This document shows positions 41,714-52,383 of a stretch of 64,000 bases of DNA, in pieces. This stretch comes from Leptospirales bacterium (lineage in GTDB: Bacteria; Spirochaetota; Leptospiria; Turneriellales; JAOUFE01). The position numbers and the translations under genes are program-made. Numbering within the stretch: position 1 is the stretch's first letter; each line of letters starts with the position of its first letter. The notes beneath the pieces were generated by a model. It saw only the letters and a list, made by a program, of their open reading frames with translations. It had not been told where the DNA came from and made no database searches. The stretch covers positions 45,387 to 109,386 of the forward strand of contig JBEQLE010000003.1 of the NCBI GenBank assembly GCA_040326155.1. The letters run 5' to 3'.

Positions 41714-42901
41714 ATGACCTTTAAAGAAAAATTTGTTAAATATGGATCTTATACTTTTGTTCTATTCCTGACCAGCTTAATTATTATCGCTTTTGGAATG
41801 CCAGATTGTACCGGCGCCCTGAAAAAGCGCGGTAATAAATATGCAGCTGATATAGATGGTGACCCTATTACCTGGACACAAGTTAACCGTACGGCAAACA
41901 ATCTGGGAGGAACGATGTACCCTGATGGTAACATGCCCCCTGAAGCAAGAACGTATATGGAAAGTATGGCCATCGAGCGATTGGTCAACTTAAAACTATT
42001 TATAATTTTGTCTAAGGAAGCCGGCTTTTACCCGACAATGGCTACGCAGAATATATTTGAAAATAGGTATCTTGTTGAAAATTTCCCCCAATATATTACT
42101 GAAAACGGTTTCGATCTTGTAAAGTTCAGAGATGAAATACAAGAGCCCAACAGGTATAGTAATAAAATAGTTATTGACGACGCAATTCAACAGTATGCTC
42201 TACGGCGAAATGAATTAATGTTTCAAGGCATTTATAAACCTCATCAAAAAGAAACAGAAGATTTATATCTTCTGAACAATACGAAAATAAGCTATCATAT
42301 ACTGGTAATAAATATGGAGGCTAAAAATAAACTGGTAGAAAAAAGGGCGAATATCACAGAAAAAGATATTCGGGAAAAATTCAACAAAGACTTTCTGGCC
42401 AACAATCCACAGGACAAATTGACGAAAATCAAACGGGAAGGGATTACTCAATCACTCGTAAATGAAAGAAGAGCCGTCATTGAAAAAGAGTTATTAGAAG
42501 AAATGCTCAAAATGGCCGAAACCTTGTCTATGAAACAATTACAAAATAAATATGGCGGAAGTTTAAAGGCTTTGCCAAATTTAAATTTAAATACCAACAT
42601 TGCCCAGCAATGGCCCGCATCGCCTGCTAACCTCAGTCTACTTACCGAAGATAAAATGTTTCTTCAGAATACGTTCAAAACCGAGTTAGGTCAAATTGTT
42701 GGACCAATTAATAAAGGCGAAGCGCTTTTCATTTACTCCATTACAAAACGTGATATTCCAGATCTAAACGCAGATGACCTGGATTTAAGCCAACAAAAAT
42801 TACAGCCTTCTGTAAATCATTTTGAAGCAATGTATGGGGAAATGATGGGTATTTTACGACGACAGTATACGGTGAATCGATACAACGCTCCGACTAAATA
42901 G
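41714..42901 (+). CDS. SurA N-terminal domain / PpiD-like periplasmic chaperone
   Basis: N-terminal TM, AADIDGDPIT, AIERLVN..L....KEAG and degenerate rotamase tail (GQIVGPI). Confidence 0.65.
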   Translation: MTFKEKFVKYGSYTFVLFLTSLIIIAFGMPDCTGALKKRGNKYAADIDGDPITWTQVNRTANNLGGTMYPDGNMPPEARTYMESMAIERLVNLKLFIILSKEAGFYPTMATQNIFENRYLVENFPQYITENGFDLVKFRDEIQEPNRYSNKIVIDDAIQQYALRRNELMFQGIYKPHQKETEDLYLLNNTKISYHILVINMEAKNKLVEKRANITEKDIREKFNKDFLANNPQDKLTKIKREGITQSLVNERRAVIEKELLEEMLKMAETLSMKQLQNKYGGSLKALPNLNLNTNIAQQWPASPANLSLLTEDKMFLQNTFKTELGQIVGPINKGEALFIYSITKRDIPDLNADDLDLSQQKLQPSVNHFEAMYGEMMGILRRQYTVNRYNAPTK

Positions 42902-45176
42902 AAATATCAGCCAGCAACATTGAAATGTCGTCGGTTTTTTCTTTCGTCATGGTGTAATCTCGAATTTTATCGACAAGGTAGATAATCTGGTTGTCAGGTT
43001 CCATTAGAATGCTGTCTTCTATCCAGTTCATAAATTTACGCTCGCCTAAAATGTCGCCGGTTTGATTAAATATTTCGAAGGCCCCGTCTGTAGTTAAAAC
43101 AATTCTTACGGACTCTTTAAATTCCTGTTCCGTAATAACATAGTTATCGGGTATGGCTCCTAATACCCTCTGGCTTTTTTCAAGTGGGAAAAACTTTTTA
43201 GATTTTTGTTTATAAATAATGGGGGCATGCTGTCCTGCGTTTATATAAGACAATTTAATTGATTTCGTATTTTGGTTCGATACAATTTGAATTCGTATCG
43301 CGCACAATGTCATTATACTTTGTGCGCTTTGTTTAGCGCACAGCATTTCATTAATACTTGTGACCAGGCTCGAAAGGTCCGCATTTTTTTCGTTCATTCC
43401 GCCATGTATCATAGAACGAACAGCCACCATAAGGTAAGCGCTCGCCAGTCCATGACCGCTCACATCCCCTAATATTAAAAAATAATCATTCTCTGAACGT
43501 TGAATGATATCTACATAATCGCCAGTTACAAGCATATAGGGTTGAATAAACGGTGACACTTTTACATGAGGTGTTATTACCGGCTCAGGTAAGATTTTTC
43601 TTTGCAACCCCGATACCATTTCAAGTTCTTTTTCAATTCGTTTATGCTTTATATTATTTATTAGCAAAGAATAGTTTTCAAGCAATGGTTCCGTATTTCG
43701 TATTAAATTTCGTATAAATGATATATCTTCCGTAAAATACGGCTCTTTATTCGATTTTTCAAAAAACATTATACCGAGCGGAAATTGTTGAAAAATAATA
43801 TATAGAAAACCGCCTTGTTCTTGTAATAAAGCCTGCACACTACCACCGCGAGTAATTGTCGCGTAGGGGTAAGATCCTGAACCGGTTTTCTTTTTCATTT
43901 GTTGCCAGATATGATGATTACTTGGCAAATATTTAATATATGGTTTGTTTAGATTCCAACCTTCGAATACTTCGTCGCTAACGTATAGAATAGCGTTGGA
44001 CGCCCCCGTACCTGAGATTACCACATCACGAATTCTGGAGATAATATCGGAAAGTTGTATCGGGTTATTTATATATTTCGATAATTCAGAAAGGTATTCA
44101 TTAAACGCAAAACGCCTATGTAACAAATATTGATTCAATGTTACATAGGATACGGTCCTTAAAAAGTCGAATAAAAAGATAATCCCAAAAGCATAAATAA
44201 TATGCGTCCACAAATGTTCTTTATAATCCGTAAACCTTTCCAGTTGAAACCCGACCAGAAACCAGTATAAAAAAGCAAAATATAAATAATAAACTAAACG
44301 AACATAAAAACTCCGAATAGGAGTGGTAAATGAAATAAATCCATACCGCAAACTAAACAATAGAAGTATCATTGGAAAAATAGAAGGCAAGAAGAATATT
44401 GCATTTTTATTCATTGTCACGGGTATTTCAAACCATTGTGCCGCCAAATAACTGGTGCCTGGAACAGCAATTATAATCAACGCTGTAAATACCAATAACC
44501 GCCGTACAAAATTATCTTTAATAACCGGAGAAGGATAAGGACGCTTAATATCTTTCCACAGCATGATCAAACCATAAAAAAAAGTAAGAATATGAGCCCC
44601 TCCAATTACGGAGATCATTGTCCGCTCCTGAAGATGATTTGTAGGATATAATACATAGACCAGGATAGCGCAAAATATGGACGCGGGAAAAAAATACCGA
44701 AAATTGGTCTTTTTATTGAACAAGGCATTTATTACAAAAATTAAAGCGATATTAAGAATGAAGGTGGTCCAGTAAAACAAAGGAACAAAATTATATTTAC
44801 TTACAAAATCTAGATATAAAATATATTGTATCGACAAAAGAAATGCAAAGATTATATAGTAATATTCCAATTTTCGTATGCGGCCATACAAAAAAAGAAA
44901 CAATACGGATATTTGAAACATAATAACCGCTGCCACATTCGGACTCATTGCATAAAACCAGTTATTGAGATTGGCCAATTTAGGACTGCTTTTATGCGGT
45001 ACTCGAAAATAGTGTCCGCCAAAATCGTAAGAGGTAATGCTGAATGCGACATTACCATTCGGGGTATATAAAAGGGACTCCTCGCTTGTTTTAGCATTTT
45101 CATAATAATTCCACAAGACGAAAAAAAAGAACAATAAGAAAACAAAATATAATATTTGGACAATGGTTTTTCTCAT
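42894..45176 (-). CDS. Multi-TM SpoIIE/PP2C-family protein phosphatase
   Basis: LQRKILP, VTGDYVD, LGDVSGHG, INAGQ, TTDG and DDISML motifs. Confidence 0.9.
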   Translation of the reverse strand: MRKTIVQILYFVFLLFFFFVLWNYYENAKTSEESLLYTPNGNVAFSITSYDFGGHYFRVPHKSSPKLANLNNWFYAMSPNVAAVIMFQISVLFLFLYGRIRKLEYYYIIFAFLLSIQYILYLDFVSKYNFVPLFYWTTFILNIALIFVINALFNKKTNFRYFFPASIFCAILVYVLYPTNHLQERTMISVIGGAHILTFFYGLIMLWKDIKRPYPSPVIKDNFVRRLLVFTALIIIAVPGTSYLAAQWFEIPVTMNKNAIFFLPSIFPMILLLFSLRYGFISFTTPIRSFYVRLVYYLYFAFLYWFLVGFQLERFTDYKEHLWTHIIYAFGIIFLFDFLRTVSYVTLNQYLLHRRFAFNEYLSELSKYINNPIQLSDIISRIRDVVISGTGASNAILYVSDEVFEGWNLNKPYIKYLPSNHHIWQQMKKKTGSGSYPYATITRGGSVQALLQEQGGFLYIIFQQFPLGIMFFEKSNKEPYFTEDISFIRNLIRNTEPLLENYSLLINNIKHKRIEKELEMVSGLQRKILPEPVITPHVKVSPFIQPYMLVTGDYVDIIQRSENDYFLILGDVSGHGLASAYLMVAVRSMIHGGMNEKNADLSSLVTSINEMLCAKQSAQSIMTLCAIRIQIVSNQNTKSIKLSYINAGQHAPIIYKQKSKKFFPLEKSQRVLGAIPDNYVITEQEFKESVRIVLTTDGAFEIFNQTGDILGERKFMNWIEDSILMEPDNQIIYLVDKIRDYTMTKEKTDDISMLLADISI

Positions 45177-45179
45177 GGG

Positions 45180-46418
45180 TTAATGCCGTTCCATCTGAAA
45201 TACCTGATGTTGCTTTATTTTTACAACTGCAGATTCAAAATTATCGAAAGTCAAAACCCGGTAAGTTGATTTTCCACTTTTACCCATTGGTGTGTTGTTA
45301 ATTAGTTTATTTTTACCATCATATTCAATGGAAATATTTTTTCCAAACGGTATAATTTTCCAGCCGGAACGAGTAGTGTGCTCAATTAATACTCCATCAA
45401 TAGCCGACTCGGTTTCGCTGAGCCATAAAAGGTTGTTTAATTTTTTCGCCAGACCCGCTAAAGTGTTTGTTTTTCTGGAAGATATAAAAAAGAACCCTTG
45501 AACGGCAAAAAGTAACATAATAGTAGATCGGTGTGTTTTTTCTGAAATGGTACAAATTAAATAATAGTGTTTATTACTCTTTTTTCCCGCAATAGTTTTA
45601 TCAATTAACACAGGAAATGGCTTTTTTGCCTTATTTAAAAGCGGGGAAGAAACCATATAGTTTGCAAATGATTCATTTGAAATATTTATTAAAAGTTTTT
45701 CGAGTCGCTTCGCTAATGAATATTCTTTTTGAAAAAGTTTACTATTAAACGCCTTTTCTGCCATTGATTCATTAGCGAAAATAAGTCCAATACGTTGTAT
45801 ATATTTATCGAGATAAGAAACCATTTTTTTTTCAAGTTTTACCGGAAAGGCCATAAAACCGATGACGGTGGAACGAAACAAGACTGGCATAATCGTTTGC
45901 CATTCTTGTTCGCGTAAAAACTTTTGTAAGTGAATAGGATAGCTATCCATATTCCTGGATTCAGGCCGCATCTTGATATACTTAATAAGGTTTTTATTCC
46001 GATATCTTTCGGGATTTACAGTTTGAAACTCCCTGTCTCGAGTTAGAAAAAAACAATTTTGATCGGACCCTTCCAGAATCAGGTACACATGTTGCAAATT
46101 ATTGGATTTTATAAACCAAGTTAAAAAATTTTGTATATCGCGCTTGGAACTCATTTGATGTTCGCGCCTGGTTCCGGTCAGAGGTTTTTCTATATTAGGA
46201 AATGCCAATCTAAAAAGGAAGTGAGTAATTATATAATCTTTTAGCGGTTGCGCCACCAAAATATAAAATAACAAAAAACCCATTGTATAAAACACAATGT
46301 TTTTGGGATATTGAAAAAATATTATAATAAACAATGAAAAGAATAAAAGGTTATAAATAATCGATATTATGGTTACATAAATAATCGTTTGTATCTGTTT
46401 TACCGGTTTTTCTGTCAT
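45180..46418 (-). CDS. Membrane protein with GAF-like and degenerate SpoIIE-like regions
   Basis: Two TM helices; KEYSLAKRLEKLL and LAKKLNNLL parallel the neighbouring phosphatase, but the acidic catalytic motifs are missing. Confidence 0.55.
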   Translation of the reverse strand: MTEKPVKQIQTIIYVTIISIIYNLLFFSLFIIIFFQYPKNIVFYTMGFLLFYILVAQPLKDYIITHFLFRLAFPNIEKPLTGTRREHQMSSKRDIQNFLTWFIKSNNLQHVYLILEGSDQNCFFLTRDREFQTVNPERYRNKNLIKYIKMRPESRNMDSYPIHLQKFLREQEWQTIMPVLFRSTVIGFMAFPVKLEKKMVSYLDKYIQRIGLIFANESMAEKAFNSKLFQKEYSLAKRLEKLLINISNESFANYMVSSPLLNKAKKPFPVLIDKTIAGKKSNKHYYLICTISEKTHRSTIMLLFAVQGFFFISSRKTNTLAGLAKKLNNLLWLSETESAIDGVLIEHTTRSGWKIIPFGKNISIEYDGKNKLINNTPMGKSGKSTYRVLTFDNFESAVVKIKQHQVFQMERH

Positions 46419-46548
46419 AATAATAGCTTTCGCATATATTCACGACTGCCTGAAGTATCAAGTAAAAAACATAAATTACGTTAGCTGGCCCGGTAATTCT
46501 TCCGTTGGGACATAGCCAAAAAATCACCTGATGCGTTTATATGATCAT

Positions 46549-46992
46549 TTAATCCTGTTTACGTTCTAGATAAATTGTATATCCTTCTAAATATTTTACA
46601 CTTGAAGTTGTCTTGTCAATAATAACTATTGGAACGGTTATATCTCCGATTTGTATACTTCCGTAGCCTGCTCCCATTGAAACGTAGAATATATTTGAAC
46701 TCCATTTCACTTTCTTTATAATATCACGCGTTTCATCGCTATCTATTTCCAAACCTAAATAGATTAAATTCTTTGGCTGTTTCATTTTCTTTACTTTAGC
46801 AGCAAGTTCATCTAAATTTCTACTGCTTTTTACAAGGTAATCCATGTTAGCAATAAATAGTTCATACTTTTTATATAAGATCTTTTTTTTCGCATATTCC
46901 GGCATCTCGCCACATGAAATATATACCGCGAAACTTAAAAATAAAGCTATTATATGAGTTGTCTTAATTTTCACAATACTTCCTTTGAACAA
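46549..46992 (-). CDS. Hypothetical lipoprotein
   Basis: Lipobox-like AVYISC. Confidence 0.6.
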   Translation of the reverse strand: MFKGSIVKIKTTHIIALFLSFAVYISCGEMPEYAKKKILYKKYELFIANMDYLVKSSRNLDELAAKVKKMKQPKNLIYLGLEIDSDETRDIIKKVKWSSNIFYVSMGAGYGSIQIGDITVPIVIIDKTTSSVKYLEGYTIYLERKQD

Positions 46993-47454
46993 CTATATTC
47001 AACATACAAAATTTCTATGAAACTTCTGTTCCGTTGATTGTCAAGAGAATAAAACGCCTGCGCGTATATAGTATGGGTTCTACAATGTGGGTAATTACCC
47101 CGCAATTTTCCAGGGCGTAAGTACAGACTGCCACCTATTTTATTTTATTCCAACTTAAAGGAGGCAGCCGAATTTCTAAAACATTATCAATTGGTATTTT
47201 CAATTTACGATACGTAGTTATATTCTTCATACAAGTGTAATAGGCAAAAGTTGGAAATTTTTTCAGTTTTACGGTTTTATTTCCAAAATTACCGGAAAAT
47301 TATAGTTAGATCCGGCTCCATAATACTATAAAAAACTGGACCATTGCACAGGATTAAAATATATTCAAATAGATACCTATGAGTTGCTTTTCAATATATC
47401 TATGCTATTTTATCTGGCTTTACGGAGAAAAACTTAAGAGTTTATGGAATTTAT

Positions 47455-47805
47455 ATGTATACACAAATATTAAAAGCAAAAATTCACCGGGCCACGGTTA
47501 CGGACGCTGACCTTTATTATGAAGGTAGTCTGACAATAGACTACCAATTAATGGAAAAAGCCGGTATGGTGGAACATGAAAAAGTGCATGTTGTGAACAT
47601 TAACAATGGAAACCGGCTCGAAACTTATTTAATTAAAGGCGAACCTGATTCCGGTACTATCTGTTTAAACGGCGCCGCCGCCAGGTTGGGCCACCGTGGG
47701 GACCAAATTATCATTATATCATACGGACTTTATAGTCCTGAAGAGGCAAAAAACCATACACCAACAGTTGTATTACTCGATGAAAATAACAAAATAAAAG
47801 AGTAA
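47455..47805 (+). CDS. panD: Aspartate 1-decarboxylase
   Basis: [12 protein letters not shown] cleavage site, NGNRLETY and LNGAAAR motifs. Confidence 0.97.
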   Translation: MYTQILKAKIHRATVTDADLYYEGSLTIDYQLMEKAGMVEHEKVHVVNINNGNRLETYLIKGEPDSGTICLNGAAARLGHRGDQIIIISYGLYSPEEAKNHTPTVVLLDENNKIKE

Positions 47806-47835
47806 ATCAACCGATGCTAAAGTAAGCATTGCAGT

Positions 47836-49695
47836 ATGAACTTCAAACTCGATAAAGAATACTCCGCACGAATAAACCTGTTGCTGGAAAGAACCATACC
47901 GGAAGATCGAAGCACTCTTCAGGCGCTTTTGAGTGAACCTCCGACGCAATGGGTAGAAACCCTCTCTTCTATTTTGGAAACCGGCACTTTTTCGCTCAAG
48001 AATATCTGGTACCACTCTCGAAGAGACCCTGTTCGGGAAGTAAACCGGGTAGTTGACGCAATGGTGAAAAATAACCGTACGGGGGCTATTTTACTCGGAG
48101 CAGGCCTCGGTTATCTGGTAAAAGAACTACTAATCAATAAAACTATTGAATTTATTGCCTGGATAGAACCCGACGCTGAAATGGTTTTTTACTTTCTGAA
48201 CTTGTTTTCATTAGAAAAAATACTCTCAGAGACAGAAGCGGAGTTTATTTTACTACACAAAGGTGAAAATAATAACCTGGAAGAGCTGGTTCGATTGCTT
48301 CGGGGGAAAAATCTCGATAAAGTGGAAGTTATTCCACATACACCCTCGAAAAAAGCGCATCCTGAAAAATATCTTGGTTTAGAGCCTAAATTAAAAGAAA
48401 TACTTGAAATTCGTACCATCAACCAGGCTACGATCATAAAATTCCAAAACCTCTGGAATTCGAATATCGCTCTAAATGTTGGGGCTATTTTGCAAGGTTT
48501 AACTTTAAATGAATTTATCGATACATATAATTCGAAATTCACAAATATTGTTATTTGCGGAGCTGGTCCTTCCTTATGTGATTCCATTGAAAATTTAAAA
48601 ATAAATCGTAATAACTATTTTCTGATCTGTGCAGACACGGCCTTTTTGCCGCTCGTCCGGGGGGGCGTAACGCCCGACCTTGTCATCGGAGCCGACCCAC
48701 AATCGATAAATCGATATTTTGCATACCACGCTGCTGCTACCGAAACAATGTGGATGCTAGACCCGGTTGTCAGCTACCAAATGGTACATTACCTTCAACA
48801 AAGAAAAGCGAAAATCTTCTGGTGGGATAACCCGTTTTACCTGGATGAGATGGTCCGAAATCTGTATGGTGACCGAGGAGTTATTGCCCATGGGGGATCT
48901 GCAAGTACGAACGCTTTTGACCTGGCCATAAAGCTTGGCGCTGAAAAAATTATTCTTGTCGGACAAGATCTCGCTTATACGCATAACCTTGCACACACAA
49001 GAGGGGCGGCCCTGGAAGAAAGAGTATTTCACTCGTATAACAGATTTTCAAATTATGAAATGGTAAATTACAAGCAAATGAAAGCGCATCCCCTGGTGAA
49101 AATTGAACCGATAAAACCACAAAACGAAACACTATTTTCCACCGCGAAGTTAAATATTTTTGTTAAATGGTTTGAACAGCAAGCCGCACAAATTATTTCC
49201 AAAAAAACTCGAAAACCTGTATTGTTTAATGCTACTAAACAAGGAATTCGACTTAAACATTTTTCCTATAAACCTTTAGAGGAAATATTAACCGAAAAAA
49301 ACAACTTAAAACCGGAATTAATAAGCAAAAGCAGCAAACAGTGTGATTATACAAAGTTAAAAACCAAATTAGCAACGCTAAAAAAAGACACCTTGAATCT
49401 GGAAGAGTTATATCGTAAAAACCTGAAACACCAGAAAGATCTGGAAAATTCACATAATCCTGCCACGAAAAGCCAAATTCTGGCTTCCATGAAAAAAGTA
49501 GATAATCGTATATCTTCCTTTCCGGAAGTAAATAAAATTCTCGGACTAAATGCCCAACATATAATATTACAGATTACTGAATCGGACAAAGGAAAAAGTA
49601 ACGATGCAGAAAGTCTTTATAAAACCATGATCCTTTCGGCAAAACGAACTTCTTATCTTTTTAAAAAAGCTTTAACATACATATCGCTCCGCTAA
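47836..49695 (+). CDS. Motility-associated factor (Maf)/MptE-like glycosyltransferase family protein
   Basis: LGAGLGY, GAGPSL, CADTA, PDLV..ADP, GGSAS, LVGQDLAY and FNAT motifs. Confidence 0.85.
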   Translation: MNFKLDKEYSARINLLLERTIPEDRSTLQALLSEPPTQWVETLSSILETGTFSLKNIWYHSRRDPVREVNRVVDAMVKNNRTGAILLGAGLGYLVKELLINKTIEFIAWIEPDAEMVFYFLNLFSLEKILSETEAEFILLHKGENNNLEELVRLLRGKNLDKVEVIPHTPSKKAHPEKYLGLEPKLKEILEIRTINQATIIKFQNLWNSNIALNVGAILQGLTLNEFIDTYNSKFTNIVICGAGPSLCDSIENLKINRNNYFLICADTAFLPLVRGGVTPDLVIGADPQSINRYFAYHAAATETMWMLDPVVSYQMVHYLQQRKAKIFWWDNPFYLDEMVRNLYGDRGVIAHGGSASTNAFDLAIKLGAEKIILVGQDLAYTHNLAHTRGAALEERVFHSYNRFSNYEMVNYKQMKAHPLVKIEPIKPQNETLFSTAKLNIFVKWFEQQAAQIISKKTRKPVLFNATKQGIRLKHFSYKPLEEILTEKNNLKPELISKSSKQCDYTKLKTKLATLKKDTLNLEELYRKNLKHQKDLENSHNPATKSQILASMKKVDNRISSFPEVNKILGLNAQHIILQITESDKGKSNDAESLYKTMILSAKRTSYLFKKALTYISLR

Positions 49696-49810
49696 GATAT
49701 AGACTCTTTTGTAACACTTTTTCTGTGAAAAAGAGTATACTTATCGGGCTTTATTATAAATATTACCAATGAGTCCGTTTTTACTGGATACATAATACAT
49801 TCATGAGATT

Positions 49811-51331
49811 ATGAAAAAGATTTTTTACAAACGACGTTTCCGACTTCCCGTATGGATGCAAATCTACGTTATCTGGTGGGTAGCTGTAATTATTACTGTT
49901 CCACTGATTTTCTACTGGGGTACATATGAAGCAGGAGACTTCGATTCCAGAAAAAAAATTATTCAAAATCCTGTTTTTAATACCGAAACCGTCAAAAATA
50001 AATTACAATATGTTGAGCAAAACTTATACCCTGGCACTGTTTTTTCAACAACTGCGCTGCAAAATGGAAAAACAGCTCTGGGAATTGGAAAATGGATAGT
50101 TGAAACACGAACCCAAAAACAACACGATATAAAATGTTCTTATACTTCCGTTTATAAACCCGGTACCAACCATCAGAATATTGTACTTGGCATTCCTATT
50201 GAAAATCATGGTGAAATCGCCAAAGCCGCAATGATCACTATGGCTTCTCTGAATAACATAGAAACCAAAGCATCAATTTACTATCTGTTCTATAGCGATC
50301 ATTATCGTTGTTTTGAAGGGTTTAACCTGGTAGCAAATATACCCGGTTTAACAGCTACAGCAAACTATATTTTCTACTCTAAACGAAATAGCGCTGATTC
50401 TGGAGTTGCCATTAACGGAACAATGAGAAACGTCAGTTCCACAAACTGGCAATTTGCTCTGCCATCCTTTACAATAATTCCTGGATTCTTAAAACAATTA
50501 GGCGTAACACTTTCTCCGGTTTTTCAGGGTCCCGAAGGGGCTCTTTTAAGTCTCAACGAATCCGCTATCGGGTTTTTCTATGCAAATTCACCTGAAGATG
50601 TAAATACTACGATTCAGATGGCCACCGATATGCGAAGAACGATACAGTACTTCGAAAATAATGGAAATAACGAAATTGAAAATCTCTCGTTCTGGGTTAG
50701 CCCAAACCGTGTTTTGACTCGCAATGGATTTCGTATATTATTGCTTTTACTGGTTATATTAATCTGGTTTCCCTTTTTCAATAAAAGGTATAATTCAAAT
50801 GATCGACTTGAAATACCGCGAGGTCTGTTTGCAGTAGTATATTACATGCTCGTCCCGCTTTTCTTTTTTATCGGTCTTAAACTTACATATGACATTGGTC
50901 ATGCCTCGAATTATATTATACCTTCGTTAATATTAGCCTCTCTGGCTCTTCTATTTGTTTTCAACAGGCTGGAAAAAAATACTTTAAACTTTAACACAAA
51001 CCCCACTACCGGGATTTTTGTAATGAATATTATTTTCACGATTACATCAATTCTACAACCAATTATATTTATATTATTGATACCAGTGATTTTTTCATTA
51101 AGCCAGGCCGTAAAAAGAAATGGAATAGTCAAAATAATCTGGTTCCTTTTTGGGTTTATCCCCATGGGTTTCATTTTATATATTTCAGCCCCTGAAGAAC
51201 ATCAAAATGTTTTGTTGGAAGCCTCTTTTTATCTTACTACCTTTTTCAACGGTTTTTTCAGTATAATAAGTTCCTTGCTTTTAGTCGGTGGAATGGTATC
51301 CGTCCTTCGCATCAAAAAAAAGAGACGATGA
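49811..51331 (+). CDS. Membrane protein: N-terminal TM, degenerate M28-like extracytoplasmic domain and multi-TM C-terminus
   Basis: NIVLGIPI...AAMITMASL...IYYLFYSD resembles the M28 scaffold without metal ligands; about six or seven C-terminal hydrophobic helices. Confidence 0.55.
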   Translation: MKKIFYKRRFRLPVWMQIYVIWWVAVIITVPLIFYWGTYEAGDFDSRKKIIQNPVFNTETVKNKLQYVEQNLYPGTVFSTTALQNGKTALGIGKWIVETRTQKQHDIKCSYTSVYKPGTNHQNIVLGIPIENHGEIAKAAMITMASLNNIETKASIYYLFYSDHYRCFEGFNLVANIPGLTATANYIFYSKRNSADSGVAINGTMRNVSSTNWQFALPSFTIIPGFLKQLGVTLSPVFQGPEGALLSLNESAIGFFYANSPEDVNTTIQMATDMRRTIQYFENNGNNEIENLSFWVSPNRVLTRNGFRILLLLLVILIWFPFFNKRYNSNDRLEIPRGLFAVVYYMLVPLFFFIGLKLTYDIGHASNYIIPSLILASLALLFVFNRLEKNTLNFNTNPTTGIFVMNIIFTITSILQPIIFILLIPVIFSLSQAVKRNGIVKIIWFLFGFIPMGFILYISAPEEHQNVLLEASFYLTTFFNGFFSIISSLLLVGGMVSVLRIKKKRR

Positions 51332-52338
51332 CGATTGCGATTATTGGTACAGGCCGAATAGGCGCTTTGCTTGAAAAAGACAAGTTGCGAAAAAAACCCT
51401 GCACCCACCTCGGAGCCATAGTTCACCTTTCCAAATCGGAAATACCCGTTAAAAATATATATCTTTGTGATCTTCAAGAGCAAAGACTGGATGAAGTAGA
51501 AAAGTATATAAAAATAGATAACCCCGACATTCATATTATAAAATACACCGATTATGAAAAAATGTTTCAAAACAATACGGCCCCCGATATAGCGGTAATC
51601 GCTGCAGATACCAAAGTGCACTACTTTATTTTAATGGCAGCCATACAAAGAGGAATAAAGAAAATTGTGGTAGAAAAACCCATAACAATGGACCGAAAAG
51701 AAGCTGAAACAGTGAAAAAAACGGCAATACAACACGGAGTCAAAATCTGGGTCAATTACGAAAGACGGTTTCACCCGAAATATAGTACATTAAAAAAGCA
51801 AATTGAATCAACTAAACCCTATGGAAAAGTTCTTTATTACCGTGGTTTATTTACCACAAGTCAAAAAAAACTCTTTGCAAATGACGATCAAGAAGGTGTA
51901 TTATTGCATGATACCACCCATTTACTTGATCTTGCCTATTATTTATTCGGACCGCAAAACTCGTCATTGAATGGGTACCCAAAAACAAAGGACGATTTAC
52001 AGAAATCGTTTACACTGCATTGTACACACCAAAACAATATCAGCGGAGAAATTACCACTATTACGCAGGTTCCCTATTTTCATTTCGAACTGGAAATACT
52101 GTTTGAAAAAGGGCGAATTCGAATAGGTAATGGATTTACCCATCTGGAAAAAAGTATTCCCAGCCCTTACTATGACGGGTTTACCTCGCTTGGTAAGATT
52201 GAAAATGTGGAAAACAGTTCTGAAAATATTATGGATAATCCTTTTATTCGGTTGTATCTTAGTGTCTACAAAGGAAACTATGACCAACAATTATTAAAAG
52301 ATGCTTGTCAGAATATTATCACCCTGACAGAAGAATAA
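51328..52338 (+). CDS. Gfo/Idh/MocA family oxidoreductase
   Basis: IIGTGRIG, VEKP, NYERRF and DTTHLLD motifs. Confidence 0.9.
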   Translation: MTIAIIGTGRIGALLEKDKLRKKPCTHLGAIVHLSKSEIPVKNIYLCDLQEQRLDEVEKYIKIDNPDIHIIKYTDYEKMFQNNTAPDIAVIAADTKVHYFILMAAIQRGIKKIVVEKPITMDRKEAETVKKTAIQHGVKIWVNYERRFHPKYSTLKKQIESTKPYGKVLYYRGLFTTSQKKLFANDDQEGVLLHDTTHLLDLAYYLFGPQNSSLNGYPKTKDDLQKSFTLHCTHQNNISGEITTITQVPYFHFELEILFEKGRIRIGNGFTHLEKSIPSPYYDGFTSLGKIENVENSSENIMDNPFIRLYLSVYKGNYDQQLLKDACQNIITLTEE

Positions 52339-52383
52339 GTTCCAATTTTGCCCATACCGTATTTTCGAATATAAGGATTATAA

